A DNA stretch of 64,000 nucleotides from contig NC_043001.1 in NCBI RefSeq assembly GCF_006345805.1, positions 62,248,001 to 62,312,000 of the forward strand. Direction: 5' to 3'. Shown here one piece after another: positions 62,170 through 64,000 of this stretch (the stretch's first letter is position 1; each line of letters opens with the position of its first letter). A program made the position numbers and the translations under genes. This DNA comes from Octopus sinensis (lineage: Eukaryota). The notes beneath the pieces are model-generated. The model searched no databases, had not been told where the DNA came from, and saw nothing but the letters and a program-made list of their open reading frames with translations.

Positions 62170-62940
62170 ATATTTTATTGGCACTGTATCTTTCTACAGT
62201 AGACAAAAATGTTTGCAAATCATTCTTAGTCATCTATGCTTTCTTATTTGAATGCCAAATCAGAAGCAAATTCAAGTTTTGCACTTCAATTTTTGGAGTG
62301 ATACACGAGTCGGGGACTTGAATTTTATATCACCAGAGACATTTTCTCTTAGAAACTTGATGATTCTTGGAAACTTTACACCTTGATGTTGACTTTTCTT
62401 CTTGAGAAATAAAAGTTCTAGCAGGTAAGCACTTCCAGAAAAGTGCAGTTTCATCAGTATTGTAAACTTCTGGTATGTAGCCCTCTCCAGTAACCATTTT
62501 TTTTTCAGCAGCTTGGAATAATTAGCAGCAGCTTCAGTCTCAGCACTGGCAGCTTCTCCAGTTAATTTTAGGTAGTGTAAATTCAAGCACTTCTTCAACC
62601 TTTCAAATCAGTCTTTACTAGTCAGAAAAGGTTTTTATTAGAAGTTACCCCTTACTTTCTCTGAAAATACTCATACAAACTTCTTGCATTTTTTAAAATT
62701 ACTATGTGTTTATTGACACCATGTGTTGAGCCTTACCATCTACCCAAACAAAAAATAAGATCTGAACAGTTAACAGAGTATTGTTTTTGAACACTTGACT
62801 TAATTTTCTCCCTATTGTCACATATTATTCCAGGTGTTGATGTTACAAACTTTTGTTTTGGAAATGTGGCTGGCTTTTTCACCTGTATGAAGACTTTTTC
62901 AAACATCAAGTTTAGTATCCAGTACAATTTTTTCATGGTT
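62170..62940 (-). pseudogene. Fossil Tigger/pogo transposase
   Basis: LHYLKLTGEAASAETEAAANY matches the Tigger GEAASAD.EAA motif; downstream DDE-region remnants. Confidence 0.75.
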
Positions 62941-63049
62941 CATTTTTAAACTACTTTCATTCTATTTTATGGTTTCTTTCTAGACATCCTGAATTGTAGG
63001 TATTTACTTACAATGGAACTGTAAGTAAATCCAACGGTCATAGCAAGTT

Positions 63050-63345
63050 ACTTAGTGATCCTGTCAGTGCTGGTGCCACATAAAAAGTATCCTGGTGGTT
63101 GGTGTTTGGAAGGGCATCCAGTTGTAGAAACCATGCCAAAACAGACTTTGCTGGTGTTGGTGCCACATAAAAAGCTCTCAGTCCACTCTGTAAGGTGGTT
63201 GGTGTCAGGAAGGGCATCCAACCATAAAAACCAAGTCAAAACAGACAGTGAAACTTGGTGCAGTCTTCTGCCTATCCAGCTCCTGTCAAACCGTCCAACC
63301 CATGCCAGCATGGAAAACGAATGTTAAATGATGATGATGATGACA
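63050..63345 (+). mobile_element. Isolated RTE 3'UTR-type repeat with (ATG)n tail
   Basis: Reverse complement of the 57860-58020 and 19222-19300 tail (AAACCGTCCAACCCATGCCAGCATGGAAA). Confidence 0.7.
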
Positions 63346-64000
63346 CACATACACACACACTGACAAACACATACACACTGAACATGGGCGATATACTTTT
63401 ATGGAAAGTAAGAAAGTTTACCATGAGAAAATGAAAGCGATAGACAAATAGAGAGAGGGAGGAAAGAGGGAGATCTTTTCTGTTGCTGTCATAGATTTTG
63501 AAATTTTAAAATTAAGTGAAAATTTGATATATTGATGTACTTTTTCACAATGAATCTGAGTTTGTGATTCATTCATTTCTAAAAAGAAATTAAGGAAAAG
63601 TTAGAGAGGTTTGAAGTTTGATTATTTTTACCCAATCAGAAAACAGGATTTGTACATAACAGCTATGATAAAAGACTAGGTTTTAAACAAAACAAAAATA
63701 ATGTGTGAGCATTAATACATACACAGTGTCAAAGGGTAAATATATATATCTCTATATATATTTTATATAAATTGGTGAAAGGTAGTGAGAGATTTGTCCC
63801 CCACTTCCTCTTATATACTCAGGTTTCACCAATCAATGCATTCCCCACCCACACATTCTTTGCATTCATGTGAAGTCCATACTTCCTTACTCATGCACCA
63901 TTGTTGGATTTATCTACAATTCCATGATCACTGATTTCCCCAATTTCTTTTTTAAAACCTTCAAGGCTTTTCCTATCATTCTAAGTGCATAGTGCAAATA

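Overview
AT-rich, repeat-dense eukaryotic genomic DNA with no prokaryotic features. The SINE families and microsatellites look like octopus (coleoid cephalopod) sequence; this is my recognition, not a database result. Contents: (1) 1-11240, two related Tx1/L1-clade LINEs head-to-tail on the minus strand, with (GATA)n at every visible junction; the right copy is full length with one in-frame stop in ORF2. (2) 13655-40097, five phase-compatible exons of a plus-strand host gene encoding an unidentified single-pass membrane protein (Ser/Thr-rich stalk, TM helix, about 215-aa tail with Tyr motifs). Its introns contain SINEs, RTE, R4/Dong and Penelope-like remnants, two head-to-head tRNA-headed elements with minimal hammerhead ribozyme motifs, and a perfect 114-bp inverted repeat. 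(3) 42670-50228, the main finding: a head-to-tail array of a 1.7-kb element encoding only an ORF1/Gag-like protein (439-440 aa, CCHC knuckle, homologous to the Tx1 ORF1s in this window), with no RT or endonuclease. Its 3' tail is shared with the Tx1 LINE and a SINE, every 3' end is joined to the same short motif, and a separate 5'-truncated inverted copy lies nearby. This looks like a HAL1/HeT-A-like non-autonomous, possibly self-targeting retroelement. (4) 50.6-64 kb, fossil hAT, RTE, Gypsy, piggyBac and Tigger elements. Coordinates were counted by hand; boundaries of decayed elements are approximate.
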